DNA from: Phyllosticta citribraziliensis
Taxonomy: Eukaryota
DNA: 64,000 nucleotides
Assembly (NCBI RefSeq): GCF_038025025.1
Contig: NW_027117340.1
Span: 1,488,001 to 1,552,000, forward strand
Reading direction: 5' to 3'
The translations under genes and the position numbers were made by a program. This document shows, piece by piece, positions 61,756-64,000 of this stretch. The notes under the pieces were generated by a model that worked only from the letters and a program-made list of their open reading frames with translations, was not told where the DNA came from and did not search any database. Numbering within the stretch: position 1 is the stretch's first letter; every line of letters begins with the position of its first letter.

Positions 61756-62618
61756 CAACGTAGGTACGGTACACGTCATGTATTGCGAGATGAGATTTAG
61801 GCCGGGATCAAGGGGAGACGGAGAAGTTAGGAGAAACAAAACAGCAAAAGGAAAAGCAGTAAAGCAGTACATACATCCAGAGACAAAATCCTCCATGACC
61901 GAGAACAGGAAAGCAGCCAAGTCAATCACGATGCCTCAGTACGTCAACCTAGACGAAGATTGTGAATTCCACAAGAGCCATGGTGCAAGCCTCGCTCGCA
62001 CACTACGTAGATACATTTACAGTCATCGGAGCTCCGACTCGTATCAGCGTTCATTATCGTGGCCGTCCATCCGTCAACTCATTCGTCCTTAGTCAGTCCA
62101 TACCAGTCCATAACTATACCATACCATACGCCCATGCGTCCATCCCCGATTCCCAGCGACCAAATCGCACGAGTAGCCGGGCCAGCTAGCTACCTCGTGC
62201 GTCCTTGCATGCGTGTCCACCAGAAAGCCAATCAAGTCCAGCTGAGACCATGTATTCTGGTGTTTGGTGGCGGTGAAATAGACTCGCGGATGCGCGAGCA
62301 AATCGCAAGGCGGCGGTGTCTCGATGAATTGTTGAATGGTAATGGTGTCGTTATCGAGGCAGACAGGAAACAGTGTGCCTTCAAGGCGCAAAAACAAACA
62401 AAACAAACAAACCATTCGAGACGTCAGATGCCATAAAGGCCTTGGGTAAAAAGCAGCAGCAGCAGCAGAGCAATGTAGAAAGTGGTAGACGAAGACGCTT
62501 CAAGCGCGCTCAGCAACTTTGCAATAAAACGACAACAAACCGCCGCTATGTGGAACTACTTGCTCTAGAGGACGAATCGAATAAAAATCGTTGAGACGAA
62601 GAGAAAGGAAATAGTGAT

Positions 62619-62640
62619 TGGTGGTGGTGGTGGTGGTGGT
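62619..62640. repeat. (TGG)n trinucleotide microsatellite within a repeat-rich intergenic region
   Basis: tggtggtggtggtggtggtggt. Nearby are (AAAC)n at ~62392 and (CAG)n at ~62452. Confidence 0.8.
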
Positions 62641-63628
62641 CTACACATTAACAACTAGAAGTACGTCCGCCTGCTGTTCTGCCCGATCGTCCACTCGTCC
62701 GCCCACGCACCACGTCATCCTGCTTACCGCAGCTTCGAATCCTGGAAAGCAGGGCGGGAGGCGTAGGCAGATGTGCCGGGCTGTCGTCATCGTCGTGATG
62801 GTGGTATCTCGTCGTGATAAAACGGGAGAAATGCAAGAGCTCATCCCATTCCATCCCACCCATGTCGAGCCCGTCCAAGCCAGTCCAGTCCCAGCGAATG
62901 TCGAGCGCTCGAGTATCTGGTACCGTGGCTTGTCAAGAGATACGGGTGGTCTGGTTGGTCTGGCTCGCCCTTTGGCAGTGGCATGTGTGTGGCCGGTGGA
63001 CTGACTCGCTGACCGATTGGCTCGCGGGCGAGCAGTGGTAAACTGGAAGAAAGGAGACAAAGAGAGAGTGAGAGAGCGAGTGTGAGAGTGTGCGAGTGCC
63101 GCGCGTACTACCAAGCGGAATGGTGGTATGGAATTTTTGACAGAGAGAGGAAGAGAGAGAAGAGGGAGAAGCGGAGAAAGAGACGGCAAACTGACAGAGG
63201 CGGCGTCGATAGAAAGTGACTGTAGTAGAAACCCCGAATCCGTGCGTCGAGACAAACTCTCTCGAGCACATGCTTCCCAATCCTCCGTCCATCCCGTCCA
63301 TCCATGCATCGTTCCGATGTCGGCGAACCCCCGAATCCTTCCTGGTCGGTAAATATCGAACCAAGCCAGATGATTTTGACACGAAGTGAAAAAGGTGTAA
63401 AAGTTTCAAAATCAAAGCAAAGAAAACAAACTTCAAGGGGTAGTAGAACACAAAAAAATCCGCCGGTGACGCCTTGCTATCAAAACACAACGCTCAGGAT
63501 GACCCTTTCTTCTCTCCAATTCTCTTCTGTACATTCCGTCATTACGCCCTTGCTCGAAAGGGAAAAAGGAGAAGGGGAATTAGCTGAAGCCAACTGCGAC
63601 TTTTTTCCTTTCAAGACATCACTATCGA

Positions 63629-64000
63629 CTAGAGGCGCTCTTGCCCCGGGTTGTCCAGATTCCCCAGAATGTGTTCCGGCGGTATACGGTTCAAGTTGGT
63701 GTTCTTATCGCCCATGGACGTAGGCGCAGGCATATAGCCCTCTTTTCTACGACGTATACGCTCAGCAATGATGCCGGTCACGACAATGGCCATTGTTAGC
63801 CCCAGGGCGATGGCCAGAGCGACGAGTACGACCAGACCCAAGGCCAGTTTGCCACCTGCAACATGTTAGATAGGCATGAGAGTTCGATATGTTGGACACT
63901 CACCGTTAGACTTGAAGACGTTTTGCGGCTTCTGGACGAAGATTTGGGACAGGCTGCCTTGATTGTTGCCTTGTGTCGACAGTACGAAGGGAGAAAATTC
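63629..64000 (-). CDS. RAX2: 3' end of Rax2-like cell-polarity/bud-site marker (type I membrane protein); 5' part lies outside the window
   Basis: EFSPFVLSTQG...GSLSQIFVQ, intron 63903-63856, then GGKLALGLVVLVALAIALGLTMAIVVTGIIAERIRRRKEGYMPAPT...RIPPEHILG*. Confidence 0.75.

Noticed and set aside
62618..63490. ORFs in the hxnX-rax2 spacer
   Set aside because: They are built from microsatellites ((TGG)n, (GA)n) and show no coding bias or recognisable domain.

Overview
This is gene-dense, intron-containing genomic DNA from a filamentous ascomycete (Pezizomycotina; Dothideomycetes is a guess from protein style). I see no rRNA, tRNA, CRISPR array or intact transposon. Genes were reconstructed by joining ORF fragments across short GT/GC-AG introns carrying CTRAC-type branch points. 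The left part (1-35 kb) is mostly housekeeping: a DUF2417-type membrane hydrolase, two hypothetical genes, a Zrc1/Cot1 zinc transporter, class I myosin, a polo-like kinase, OPA3, a candidate Spo16/ERCC1-like protein, Sin3, an Mlh2-like MutL, two secreted proteins (one with a beta/gamma-crystallin-like domain) and the complex I 17.8-kDa subunit. The main feature is a ~26-kb nicotinate (vitamin B3) catabolic cluster at 35.5-61.8 kb, bounded by housekeeping genes. It carries hxnY, hxnT, hxnS, hxnR, hxnV, hxnM and hxnX orthologues, which lie in three separate clusters in Aspergillus nidulans. No hxnP, hxnZ, hxnW or hxnN is visible. The cluster is interrupted by a ~5-kb block holding an unusual gene, a p23/CS-like domain spliced to an F-box-like domain, with a degenerate ~77-bp tandem array upstream of it. 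The window ends in the 3' end of rax2. All orthology calls are by motif recognition; no database searches were run.
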